Part shown: positions 34,207 to 42,170 of the stretch, piece after piece
Position numbering within the stretch: position 1 is the first letter of the stretch
How the letters are laid out: every line of letters starts with the position of its first letter
DNA from: a virus
Reading direction: 5' to 3' (one strand)
IMG/VR virus record: IMGVR_UViG_3300013233_000409
Span: 1 to 42,170 of that record
DNA length: 42,170 nt
Program-made: the position numbers and the translations under genes
Notes under the pieces: generated by a model
What the model was told of the DNA's origin: nothing
Database searches by the model: none
What the model saw: only the letters and a program-made list of their open reading frames with translations

Positions 34207-34488
34207 TTAAGGTTTTTTTCTTACTCTCAACACGAAGCCCATGTTTATCAGTTTAAGTCTAACATTAATATCATTAATATTGTACTTATCAGTTACCCAC
34301 TCTTTACACTTTGTACCCCAGAAGTTCTTTTTCTTGCAATAATGATACTCAAACCCAGGGAATAATTTACTTAGACGAAGAGTTCTTAACTCCAGCCTGG
34401 TCAACGAAAGCTTGGCTAATGATTGACAATTCACTGTCAATAGAATCAAGAACATTATCGTCAGGACTTTCTCTATTAAACTCTTCAT
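34207..34488 (-). CDS. Lipoprotein-like protein, an o-spanin candidate
   Basis: 93 aa. The signal peptide is MKSLIEKVLTIMFLILLTVNC, with Cys after the hydrophobic core. There is an AAGGA SD. The start lies inside ORF 34367..34594 in another frame (122-nt overlap). Confidence 0.5.
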   Translation of the reverse strand: MKSLIEKVLTIMFLILLTVNCQSLAKLSLTRLELRTLRLSKLFPGFEYHYCKKKNFWGTKCKEWVTDKYNINDINVRLKLINMGFVLRVRKKP

Positions 34489-34594
34489 ACCAATCCTTTT
34501 TAAGCTTTATTATTCTATCAACATACTTCCGAGCTTCCTTAGATTTCCATAAGGATAGCCCGGCTAGTAATGTTTCAAATAAAATCTTAGTCAA
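34367..34594 (-). CDS. i-spanin candidate (weak N-terminal hydrophobic segment plus a helical region)
   Basis: 75 aa (ILFETLLAGLSLW, then charged helices). It overlaps the holin-like gene by 8 nt and contains the start of the lipoprotein gene. Confidence 0.4.
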   Translation of the reverse strand: MTKILFETLLAGLSLWKSKEARKYVDRIIKLKKDWYEEFNRESPDDNVLDSIDSELSIISQAFVDQAGVKNSSSK

Positions 34595-34769
34595 TTAAAA
34601 CTACCTTATCTTTAGTAACCATTCTAAGAACGATAGAAACCGCTCCCCAAACCATCCCAATAGATGCAGAGTTAGCCTTTAAAAAATCCCCTACTGAAGG
34701 AATTAATGGGGCTAGTGCTGTAGCTAAACCAAACCAAAAAGTCTTTGACTTTAAAATACTCTTTTTCAT
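34587..34769 (-). CDS. Class II-like holin candidate with two TM helices
   Basis: 60 aa. The two hydrophobic segments are FWFGLATALAPLIPSVGDFL and IGMVWGAVSIVLRMV, followed by a charged C-terminus. GGAGGG SD. Confidence 0.6.
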   Translation of the reverse strand: MKKSILKSKTFWFGLATALAPLIPSVGDFLKANSASIGMVWGAVSIVLRMVTKDKVVLID

Positions 34770-34778
34770 ATTGCCCTC

Positions 34779-34913
34779 CTAGACATACATAATTATATAT
34801 TTACCTTTTTCGTGAGATACTATAACACTATTAATGGTTTTAGCAGCCGCAATCAAGGCATCTAATCTAATCTTTAATTTCTCAGGACTTCCTGCAAAAA
34901 TCTCTATAATCAT
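34779..34913 (-). CDS. 44-aa protein (MIIEIFAGSPEKLKIRLDALIAAAKTINSVIVSHEKGKYIIMYV)
   Basis: Below the track cutoff. There is a GGAGG SD 5 nt upstream, and the ATG overlaps the TGA of 34910..36913. The ORF fills the 34770-34909 gap. Confidence 0.55.
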   Translation of the reverse strand: MIIEIFAGSPEKLKIRLDALIAAAKTINSVIVSHEKGKYIIMYV

Positions 34914-36913
34914 TTTTCCTCCCAGGGAAATACTAATCTACCAGTAGAGTTTAAGTCTGAAGCTATATTTGTGGCATCAGATAGCTTAAGTTTACCCGAC
35001 TTGTAGTAGTTCCACAAGTCTTGTTCCGCCATAGGTCTTAATTGGTGAGGTACAATCTCGTCAAAACGTCTATATTTATCATGGGCAAATAGCTCTGGAG
35101 CTTGTTGAGACAGCATTGGCAATATCTCTTTAAGTTGCCCAGGATGGTTTAAACCTTCTCTTAAAGTATCATATATTTCAGGAGTATCTGTACTTTGAGA
35201 TATCTTAGCGAGTACTCCTTCTTTATTATTAACTAAAGCTTCAGTGCTTCTAGGTAGTTTAAACCTTTGTATCTTTCCTGCTATATCATTTAATGAGTCG
35301 GGAGATCTTCCAGCCCCACCTGCTATTGCTCCAGCTGCTTGCATAGTATTTCTCCCTAAACTAGCGGCAGTAGACATGTAGGGAATACTCCCACTTCCTT
35401 TTCTAATGTAATCTAATCCTCTAGCTGAAGCACCTACAATACCTCTACCGAAGTCAGTACCTTGTCTAGCCATATGATATAGCCCTGTAGCGCTAGCAGC
35501 CATACCAGCACTTCCAGATAGTGAATACACTCCAGCAGCTAAACTAGACTCTATACCTAGATTTAGTAATGTAGCGAATTTTGTAGGAGCTGACATACCT
35601 TTACTTATACCTTGTCTAGCCATGCTAGACAGTACAATCATATTTTCTATAGAAGCATTATTAGCTTCGTATAAGTCTTTAGCAGATAGTTTACTCCCTT
35701 TAAGAGGAATATCACTAAGCTTACTTTTTATAGTGTCCTTAATCTCGTGAAACAAATCAGTAATTACTTCTTTTTGAAAAGATAATTTTTCACTAGTCTT
35801 AGCAGCATTAACAAAGTCTAAATCGCTCAATTGCATTGATATACTTTGCTTCAGCTTTTGTAGATGAGATAAGGATAGATCCTCTCCAAATACTTCAGGC
35901 TTCAAGATTGATTTAAGTGTATCAGCGTACTTTTCTAGCTTTATCGGATCGTTAGCTATAGGAGATATAGACATCATCTTTCCATTAAGCTTCTTCCGCA
36001 TATTGCTTATAATATCTGGAATTTTTATAGTAGATACACTCTTAGGTAGTTGATCTAACATATCTCCAGTTTCTTTAGATAAATCACCGATTAATCCATG
36101 ATCTAGTATAGTACTTTTGAAGTGATCAGCGTCTCTAGACAGTCTCACAACATCTAGCTTTCTACTCCCACTCATAGCTTTTAATAACTTCTCTGGATCA
36201 TTTATATGCTTAACTAAGTTCTTCTCTACAAGAGTAGCCCCTATTTCCTCAGGAAGTTTTCTTGATATAAGATTTAATATATCTTTATTCTTACCATATC
36301 CCGACATATATCTTATAGCATCTTTAGCTATTCTTGATTTTACTGCTATTCTCAAAGGCTCTATTGCTTGTATAGTTTTCTCTGCTGCCTTTAAAGTGCC
36401 ACCTACCATATTAAAAGGGTCTGCTGCTACATCTATACCTAGTCCAGTTATATCAGCAGGGCTAACATTAGCCCCATGAGACTTATACTCCACGCCTTTA
36501 CTAGAGAAGGTATCGTTATTACTATATGTGTCAGTTATTCCTAGATCTTTTGAAGCAATCTCTTTACCAGAAATAGCCCCCATATTGCCGAAGCCTTTAA
36601 GAGCCCCTTCTATAGGATTTTCACCATTTAAAGCACTATGTATAGCTTCTCTTACTGGAGCCCCTGTATAGCTATCAAACTTATTGGCCCCATAGGCAAT
36701 ACTATTTAGAGCTTTATCTGCTAGACTTGGATTTGCATTGTCAGCCTTATTCTTTTCAACAAGTGCAGTCATTTGAGCGTCAGTAAGCCCTCGTTGCTTA
36801 TGTTTAGGCTTAGGCTTAGGTTTCTTCTTAATCTGCTCTTTGCTTGGAGGATACTTCTTCATTAAGGCATTCATCTCAGCTTCAGTATAAGCTTTTATTC
36901 TACTGGATACCAT
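34910..36913 (-). CDS. Putative internal virion (ejection) protein, large
   Basis: 667 aa, Gly/Ala/Ser-rich. It is the last of the block following the nozzle gene, as with T7 gp14-16. The function is inferred from position only. Confidence 0.5.
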   Translation of the reverse strand: MVSSRIKAYTEAEMNALMKKYPPSKEQIKKKPKPKPKHKQRGLTDAQMTALVEKNKADNANPSLADKALNSIAYGANKFDSYTGAPVREAIHSALNGENPIEGALKGFGNMGAISGKEIASKDLGITDTYSNNDTFSSKGVEYKSHGANVSPADITGLGIDVAADPFNMVGGTLKAAEKTIQAIEPLRIAVKSRIAKDAIRYMSGYGKNKDILNLISRKLPEEIGATLVEKNLVKHINDPEKLLKAMSGSRKLDVVRLSRDADHFKSTILDHGLIGDLSKETGDMLDQLPKSVSTIKIPDIISNMRKKLNGKMMSISPIANDPIKLEKYADTLKSILKPEVFGEDLSLSHLQKLKQSISMQLSDLDFVNAAKTSEKLSFQKEVITDLFHEIKDTIKSKLSDIPLKGSKLSAKDLYEANNASIENMIVLSSMARQGISKGMSAPTKFATLLNLGIESSLAAGVYSLSGSAGMAASATGLYHMARQGTDFGRGIVGASARGLDYIRKGSGSIPYMSTAASLGRNTMQAAGAIAGGAGRSPDSLNDIAGKIQRFKLPRSTEALVNNKEGVLAKISQSTDTPEIYDTLREGLNHPGQLKEILPMLSQQAPELFAHDKYRRFDEIVPHQLRPMAEQDLWNYYKSGKLKLSDATNIASDLNSTGRLVFPWEEK

Positions 36914-38106
36914 AATCCGTCCTCCCTATTCTTCTTAAAGTTTTGAACTTCACCATGTGGTAAATGGAGAGTACGAGTATATCCTACGCTAGTCTCGGCA
37001 TGTTTCTTAGCTTTTTTTATAGCATCATCTATGTTAACGCCTTTAGGCATAAGTGTAGATAGTCCAGAAAATATTTTATTAGACTCTAATCCTGAAAAAC
37101 TTCCTTGCAGTTTAGCCACACCTTCTAGGTAGTTTTTTATTTTAGCTCTATTTATTTGTTTAAATACCTGACTAAGCATTATCAGAGAGTTTCTATCTTT
37201 TGCAGTCATAGTCTCACGGCTATTAAACCATTTATTTCTTAGAGTCCTAGCTAAGTTAACTATGTCTGGACTTATTGTATATAATGCTTGCTCTCTATCA
37301 GTCAAATTACCGACGTTTCCTAACATTCTAGGTATTACAGTATTCAAAGCTGAATCAGTGATTTTAGTATTACTTTGTAATAATCCTAATGCACTATCAG
37401 AAGCATCTAAACTATCAGCCAAGTGCATATATCTTTTACTACTTGCTGTATGTTGAGCTAAGGATAATAACTCTGACTTTTGCTCAGGTGTGTAGTCATA
37501 CCCAGCCAGTCTCTGTAGCCCTAAATCAGCAGGCTTAGTTATCTTACCACTAGCTTTATTTACTCTATTATAAATTCCTTCAGAATCCTTAATATATCCT
37601 GGAGCATACCCTGCTATTTTACCAGTATCTTCTAACTTTCCTGTTTCATAGTTATGTCTATATAGATCTATTACTCCATTAGGGTTTTCTACTTTTTGAT
37701 ATATAGGTTTATTACTAGAACTAGCAAGTTTTGCTCTTTGTTTACGAGCAGTCATTGCTATATCATATTCCTGTTTTTGCTGTTCGGCCAAACCTTTAGC
37801 AGCTACATCAGCCCCAGTACCAGTATCTCCCATCAACATACCTACTAATAAAGGAGTAGCTCCAACTGCAATATTTTCTATTGGGCTAAACTTATTAGGC
37901 TCAGGTCTAGTTTTAGCTGACTCCCATACTTTAGCTAGCCAAGAATCACCAGAAGTATCTTGAGATCCTTGCTCGGGCTGAAATTCCATTGGCGGAGGAG
38001 TAGCTTCTTGAGGAGCAATATCGCCCTGCGGCGCAACTTCTTGAGGAGAAGCAGGTTGTTTAGGTTTTAGTTTTTTTACTGTACTTGCGTAAGCCTTTTT
38101 AGCCAT
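36895..38106 (-). CDS. Putative internal virion protein
   Basis: 403 aa with a Pro/Gln-rich N-terminus and a hydrophobic GATPLLVGMLMG segment. Inferred from position. Confidence 0.5.
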   Translation of the reverse strand: MAKKAYASTVKKLKPKQPASPQEVAPQGDIAPQEATPPPMEFQPEQGSQDTSGDSWLAKVWESAKTRPEPNKFSPIENIAVGATPLLVGMLMGDTGTGADVAAKGLAEQQKQEYDIAMTARKQRAKLASSSNKPIYQKVENPNGVIDLYRHNYETGKLEDTGKIAGYAPGYIKDSEGIYNRVNKASGKITKPADLGLQRLAGYDYTPEQKSELLSLAQHTASSKRYMHLADSLDASDSALGLLQSNTKITDSALNTVIPRMLGNVGNLTDREQALYTISPDIVNLARTLRNKWFNSRETMTAKDRNSLIMLSQVFKQINRAKIKNYLEGVAKLQGSFSGLESNKIFSGLSTLMPKGVNIDDAIKKAKKHAETSVGYTRTLHLPHGEVQNFKKNREDGLWYPVE

Positions 38107-38114
38107 CTCTATTC

Positions 38115-38420
38115 CTAGTGTAGTCTTTTTAAACTCTTTTTATATGAGTCTAGCGTCTTCTTCAAATTATCTCTAAAAGGCTTAGCTGAAAAACTATCGC
38201 TTTCCATACCCTTCATTTTAATGTAGACATCTCTAGAATTTTTTAGTTTCTTTCTAAGTTTCTTAGCTCTAAGTCTATTTCTAATTCTCCCCTCAGTAGT
38301 ATAATCTTCCAAGTTATCAGCCCTAGACTTCATCAATGAAACTTTACCTTTTGGCTCTTCAGTTGAAGTAGGCTCAGTTATAGACTCTTTATTAAACTTT
38401 ATACTTTTCTTAATGTGCAT
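38115..38420 (-). CDS. Small basic protein
   Basis: 101 aa, Lys/Arg-rich. It overlaps the upstream gene by 22 nt. Confidence 0.6.
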   Translation of the reverse strand: MHIKKSIKFNKESITEPTSTEEPKGKVSLMKSRADNLEDYTTEGRIRNRLRAKKLRKKLKNSRDVYIKMKGMESDSFSAKPFRDNLKKTLDSYKKSLKRLH

Positions 38421-39346
38421 TTCTTACTCCATACATATAGATGCCCGATTGCATTGCAGATAGGCTCTCCAAAGGTTTTTAACATTTTACCAACAAAGTT
38501 ATGATCGTCAGCCATATTATCAGCCCATTTCAAAGCTGGATAAGATACTAGCTTAGTAACCAGTTTACTTTTTCTCATTAACTCTACTAGCTTAGAAGCC
38601 CATAGAGTATATCCTATTAAGATATAAATATTGTTATCCCATAAATATCTACCATATTCAGCATCTTTTACATAGGTTTCATCATCTAATATACCTTGTC
38701 TATTTAGCTCAGTACAAATAACACAGATACCGCCTGACTGATATTTAGGAGCTTGTATTGGTTGACTGGCATTTCCTAAACTAGCCATATTATATTCTAA
38801 CTGCTGCCCACCTGACATGAAGTTTCCTAAAAGTCTTCTATAATCGTTAAGTGCAGTACCTTGTCTGCTAAACGCTGCTGAAGAATAGTTAAGTGCGTTC
38901 TGTTGAGCTGCTTGGTTTATTTGACCTTGACTAGCTCCAGAAGCTTTCATTCTTCTAAGAGATCTGCTCATAGCGTTTTGTTGTTGGCCAGATATAGGGT
39001 CTGCCCCATAAGCTCTATTCTCTAATGCATTTAAATTTCTTTGATTTTTAGCTCCGAAGTCTTTTCTATTCATTCCATAATAGTCTTGGGCTCTTTGTAT
39101 ACCTACTTTTTGTCCTCTTGCTATATCAGCATTATGGTTAAATAATGTCCCATTAGCTGAAGAGTCAGTAGCACCTTTTCTAGCTATTCCCATACCTTCA
39201 GTTCTTCTAGAAGAAGCATATTCATTTAACTTTGCTAAGTAGGCTTGTTGAGCAGGCCCTGTATTACCAGCAGCCTTAGCTGCGTTCCAATAGCTTTTAC
39301 CTGAACCATTTATAAAATCTTGCCCTACTTGAGAACTAATTGCCAT
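38399..39346 (-). CDS. Putative internal virion protein with a Gln/Gly/Asn-rich N-terminal half and a Cys-containing hydrophobic C-terminal domain
   Basis: 315 aa. The C-terminal region includes GGICVICTELNRQGILDD...YILIGYTLWASKLVELM. Confidence 0.5.
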   Translation of the reverse strand: MAISSQVGQDFINGSGKSYWNAAKAAGNTGPAQQAYLAKLNEYASSRRTEGMGIARKGATDSSANGTLFNHNADIARGQKVGIQRAQDYYGMNRKDFGAKNQRNLNALENRAYGADPISGQQQNAMSRSLRRMKASGASQGQINQAAQQNALNYSSAAFSRQGTALNDYRRLLGNFMSGGQQLEYNMASLGNASQPIQAPKYQSGGICVICTELNRQGILDDETYVKDAEYGRYLWDNNIYILIGYTLWASKLVELMRKSKLVTKLVSYPALKWADNMADDHNFVGKMLKTFGEPICNAIGHLYVWSKKCTLRKV

Positions 39347-39355
39347 ATAAAACTC

Positions 39356-39664
39356 CTATATAACTAACATTGTAACTTTACTAGTTGATGCCCCAGTGTT
39401 TTTCAAATAAATTATTTGACTAGTCCAACTTTTTACACCGTCTATAATTTCACCTATTGCACTTTTCCTCAATATTATCCTATATTTTGGAACTCTTTTC
39501 AAGTTATGAGGTATAGCCATTTCTATTCCAGAAGGCATATCTAATGTTATTACTTTACCGTTCAAATTGTCTAGACCTAAGTTATTAAAAATTAAGTCTA
39601 ATTCATCGAGATTATTAGCATATCCATCACTAGTAAATTCTTTATCAAACCGTCTAACTTTCAT
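39356..39664 (-). CDS. Hypothetical small virion protein
   Basis: 102 aa whose start abuts the nozzle gene stop. Confidence 0.65.
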   Translation of the reverse strand: MKVRRFDKEFTSDGYANNLDELDLIFNNLGLDNLNGKVITLDMPSGIEMAIPHNLKRVPKYRIILRKSAIGEIIDGVKSWTSQIIYLKNTGASTSKVTMLVI

Positions 39665-41796
39665 TACTGAGTACCTTTTGAAGTAAGATCATTAACATAG
39701 TCAAGCTCAATCCCAGAAAGATTAAAATCTCCACCTTGCCCATCATCGCTCAAAATAACCCTAAAAGAAAAAGCTTTGTTGGCCAGGAGTTTTCTATCAT
39801 TAGATCTATTCAATGGCCCTAATGGAACATCTACAATAGTAAGCTCATCAGTGTTATTCCAGTTAATCTGCTCTTTTATAGTGAGATTGTAATCCTTAGC
39901 TCCTGTACTAATAGCAGTAAATTTAGTAAGTTTCTTCTTAATAGAAGGCATACCGAAGTTAAACCAATTAGTAGAGTAGCTAGATACGAAATTACTTTTA
40001 GTTGTAGTAGTACCGTTTATATCCCCAGGGACTTCATCATAGGAAATAGCGTTATTCAGTTTTGAAACATACCCAGAAGCAAATAGCTTTGACGCTGTAG
40101 CAGTATAAAAGTTTCCATTTAAATCTACCGATAAACCCCTATCTCCGCCTACCATATCCCACAGAAACCATTCCTTATAAAAATAGTTGTATACTAATAT
40201 AGCGTCTGTAGTCGGAGAAATTCCTTTCAAATAAAATAATACCCTCTCACTTATAGGGTCTATAGCTGATACGGTTTTAGTTAGATCATATACACCAGAA
40301 GAGAATAAATTCTGTATTTTGTCAGATACTTCTATTAAGCTAGATCCCCCATTAGATCCGTATACTCCTGCGATAGACATAAACATTACATTACCAGCAA
40401 AAGTTACTATTGATCTAGAGGAAGCTATACCTATCTTTTCAGATAATGAACTCCATACCCTAAAAGAATTATCTTGAAATACACCATTCAAATAGTATAT
40501 TTGTCTATCTTTACCTATTACTAAAGCATTACTAGTCCCTACTAATCCTGTAATAGTTCCATCAAACGTATTACCTACGTTTAGAGTATTATTAGGAGGA
40601 AAGTTTTCAACTGAAGTACCGCCTTGTAATAGTTGTATAGATGACCAATATATTGACTCATTTAAAGTAGAACTTTTTTGATTATATACTACATCCTTAC
40701 TAGTTCTATTACCTAGAACTAAAGACTCATTATATAAAGCTAAATGTTTACATATTGGAGGTAAGTCTCTTGCTATAGAAGTATCATAGATTTCTTCCAT
40801 AGGAATATCTTGGCTAGAAGTTCCAAGCAATCTAGGAATTTGACCTCTAAATTCTGAGAATACTGCTGCTGTACTACTAGAATCCTTATTATTCATTACC
40901 AGATTAAATACATTATCATCTCTAGTATAATATCCATAATCTTGATACTGAGAAGTAAATATCCTAACAAAAGCTCTTTGTTCTATAGGATCCCCATTAG
41001 CATAAGAAACCCCAATACCGTCAGGTATGTTTAAAGTAACCTGTCCAGAATTTAGTGCAATTATCTCTAATATATGGTTATTCCCATTAGTATCTAAAGC
41101 TCTAATAAAATCACCAACTACGTAATTAGTAGTAACGCAATTTATTACGTTATTTAATTTAGTGTAGGTTATTGTAGTAACCTCAGTCACCCTAGAGTAT
41201 TTATTGAAGAAGGTAAAGTTACCAGTACCGCCTACTGTATTATCCCAATATAAGTCAAAGGTAGTATCTGTAGTGTAAGTTAGACTAGTGTAATTGCTGA
41301 ATACAATATTTCCTCTTATATCCACTAAATAAGCTACTAACCTTATATAACCTGTTAATATAGGGACTCCAGTAACTATTCCAGTAGTAACTAGACTTAA
41401 TCCAGTATTTCCTACTCCTGCCTTTGTTACATTATACCCATCATACTTCATTAACGGATGCGTTCCATCGTTATCAATAAAATATAGAATATCGTTGTAT
41501 TCAACATAATCTACTGTAGTTCCTACTGCTGGAACGTAAGATCCGTTTATAGGTACTGCTTTGTTTAAAGTTAGATCAAATAGACCGCCATTATAGCTAA
41601 GCATTTTACTTGAAGTTGAGTAAAATACTAGATCAGTTCCATCAGTAACCTTTACGAATGATGATCCCTCACGTTTCTTCAGTACCCCATCTACGCTTAG
41701 ATCTACATTTCTACAATCAGTACATTTATTGTCTGGCTTAACTAGCGGATTTGACCTTAAATCTAAACCACCTAAGTTATATATTTGTTGCTTCAT
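39664..41796 (-). CDS. Tail nozzle (tubular protein B), T7 gp12-like
   Basis: 710 aa. The N-terminus IYNLGGLDLRSNP....CRNVDLSVDGVLKKREG parallels T7 gp12 NLKGGISQQP....VNGWSSETEGLQKRP (from memory). It lies directly downstream of the adaptor. Confidence 0.65.
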   Translation of the reverse strand: MKQQIYNLGGLDLRSNPLVKPDNKCTDCRNVDLSVDGVLKKREGSSFVKVTDGTDLVFYSTSSKMLSYNGGLFDLTLNKAVPINGSYVPAVGTTVDYVEYNDILYFIDNDGTHPLMKYDGYNVTKAGVGNTGLSLVTTGIVTGVPILTGYIRLVAYLVDIRGNIVFSNYTSLTYTTDTTFDLYWDNTVGGTGNFTFFNKYSRVTEVTTITYTKLNNVINCVTTNYVVGDFIRALDTNGNNHILEIIALNSGQVTLNIPDGIGVSYANGDPIEQRAFVRIFTSQYQDYGYYTRDDNVFNLVMNNKDSSSTAAVFSEFRGQIPRLLGTSSQDIPMEEIYDTSIARDLPPICKHLALYNESLVLGNRTSKDVVYNQKSSTLNESIYWSSIQLLQGGTSVENFPPNNTLNVGNTFDGTITGLVGTSNALVIGKDRQIYYLNGVFQDNSFRVWSSLSEKIGIASSRSIVTFAGNVMFMSIAGVYGSNGGSSLIEVSDKIQNLFSSGVYDLTKTVSAIDPISERVLFYLKGISPTTDAILVYNYFYKEWFLWDMVGGDRGLSVDLNGNFYTATASKLFASGYVSKLNNAISYDEVPGDINGTTTTKSNFVSSYSTNWFNFGMPSIKKKLTKFTAISTGAKDYNLTIKEQINWNNTDELTIVDVPLGPLNRSNDRKLLANKAFSFRVILSDDGQGGDFNLSGIELDYVNDLTSKGTQ

Positions 41797-41803
41797 ACTA
41801 TCC

Positions 41804-42170
41804 TTAGTAAGTAACGTAAGTCTCGTCCGATACGGTAGGGAATTTTATGTCATTTGAAGTATCAGAAAATAACTCTGATAATTCTGCTTTCTCTTCAGAA
41901 GAGAATATCCCAAAATTCCCTATATCCTGAGAGGAGTCTACAGCTAATATTTTCCTTTCTACAAATGCAGTCAAGAAGTCTTCACATTCTGAGGGAAGAT
42001 CAGATACATCGGATACGTCCGTAAAATCAGGCAATCTCCTAGTATAACTAACTCTTATTTGAGATATGCTTTCTCCTATAGCTCCAGAAGATATGTATAT
42101 AGTATTATCCTTAGTATAATATCCAGCCTTAGTTATCTGCTCTCTTTCTGATATTCTGTTTATAGGCTCA
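41804..42170 (-). CDS. 3' part of the junction-spanning adaptor gene (see 1..517); bases 41932..42170 duplicate 1..239
   Basis: Same frame as the ORF running 517 -> 1. The stop is at 41804-41806. The track's TTG 'start' at 42034 is internal. Confidence 0.7.
   Translation of the reverse strand, partial: EPINRISEREQITKAGYYTKDNTIYISSGAIGESISQIRVSYTRRLPDFTDVSDVSDLPSECEDFLTAFVERKILAVDSSQDIGNFGIFSSEEKAELSELFSDTSNDIKFPTVSDETYVTY
41932..42170. repeat. Right copy of the exact 239-bp direct terminal repeat
   Basis: Identical to 1..239. Confidence 0.95.

Noticed and set aside
1781-37456. Other short antisense ORFs in the track: 1781..2005, 2267..2605, 6092..6502, 7879..8145, 10172..10357, 11019..11204, 13533..13733, 18003..18188, 21813..22001, 23160..23351, 23621..23839, 27052..27291, 27872..28153, 30010..30351, 31054..31239, 32342..32584, 34311..34598, 37262..37456
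   Set aside because: Each lies entirely within, or almost entirely overlaps, a longer motif-bearing or translationally coupled gene on the opposite strand. They lack SD sequences and encode Leu/Ser/Ile-rich products typical of antisense frames in AT-rich DNA.

Overview
The window is one complete, circularly closed genome of an AT-rich tailed phage. Bases 1-239 recur exactly at 41932-42170, giving a unit length of 41,931 bp. The repeat lies inside a gene, so it is an assembly or circular-permutation overlap, not a physical end. Coding is dense and runs in two arms that diverge at 20354-20590 and converge with a 50-nt 3' overlap at 33450-33499. The minus-strand late arm runs 20353 -> 1 and wraps to 41931 -> 33450. 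In order it carries terS, a repeat-rich gap, a small Lys-rich ORF, terL, a 128-aa accessory protein, tRNA-Asp(GTC), portal, an acidic scaffold, and the major capsid gene with a strong terminator. These are followed by three paralogous decoration-like proteins and at least four fibre or receptor-binding proteins. The arm ends with a T7-type adaptor (gp11-like), a nozzle (gp12-like), five putative internal virion proteins, a holin/spanin-like cassette and a metallophosphoesterase. The plus-strand early/middle arm (20591-33499) starts with small unknown proteins, one inverted Hjc-like resolvase gene, an iteron-like array and a catalytically degenerate NUMOD4/HNH protein. It continues with an SF3-type helicase, a lysozyme-family candidate, a family-A DNA polymerase, an SNF2 helicase, a DUF2800-type nuclease, a DUF2815-type SSB and a Cro-like HTH protein. 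I saw no integrase, phage RNA polymerase, CRISPR array or recognisable defence system. I did not find one unmistakable new system. The best leads are the iteron array next to the dead HNH protein (22234-22840), the repeat block between terS and terL (19556-19801), the shared capsid-decoration-like domain in two free proteins and one fibre (8970-11634), and a common acidic C-terminal tail on three replisome proteins. All functional calls rest on motifs read by eye and remembered family signatures; no searches were run.
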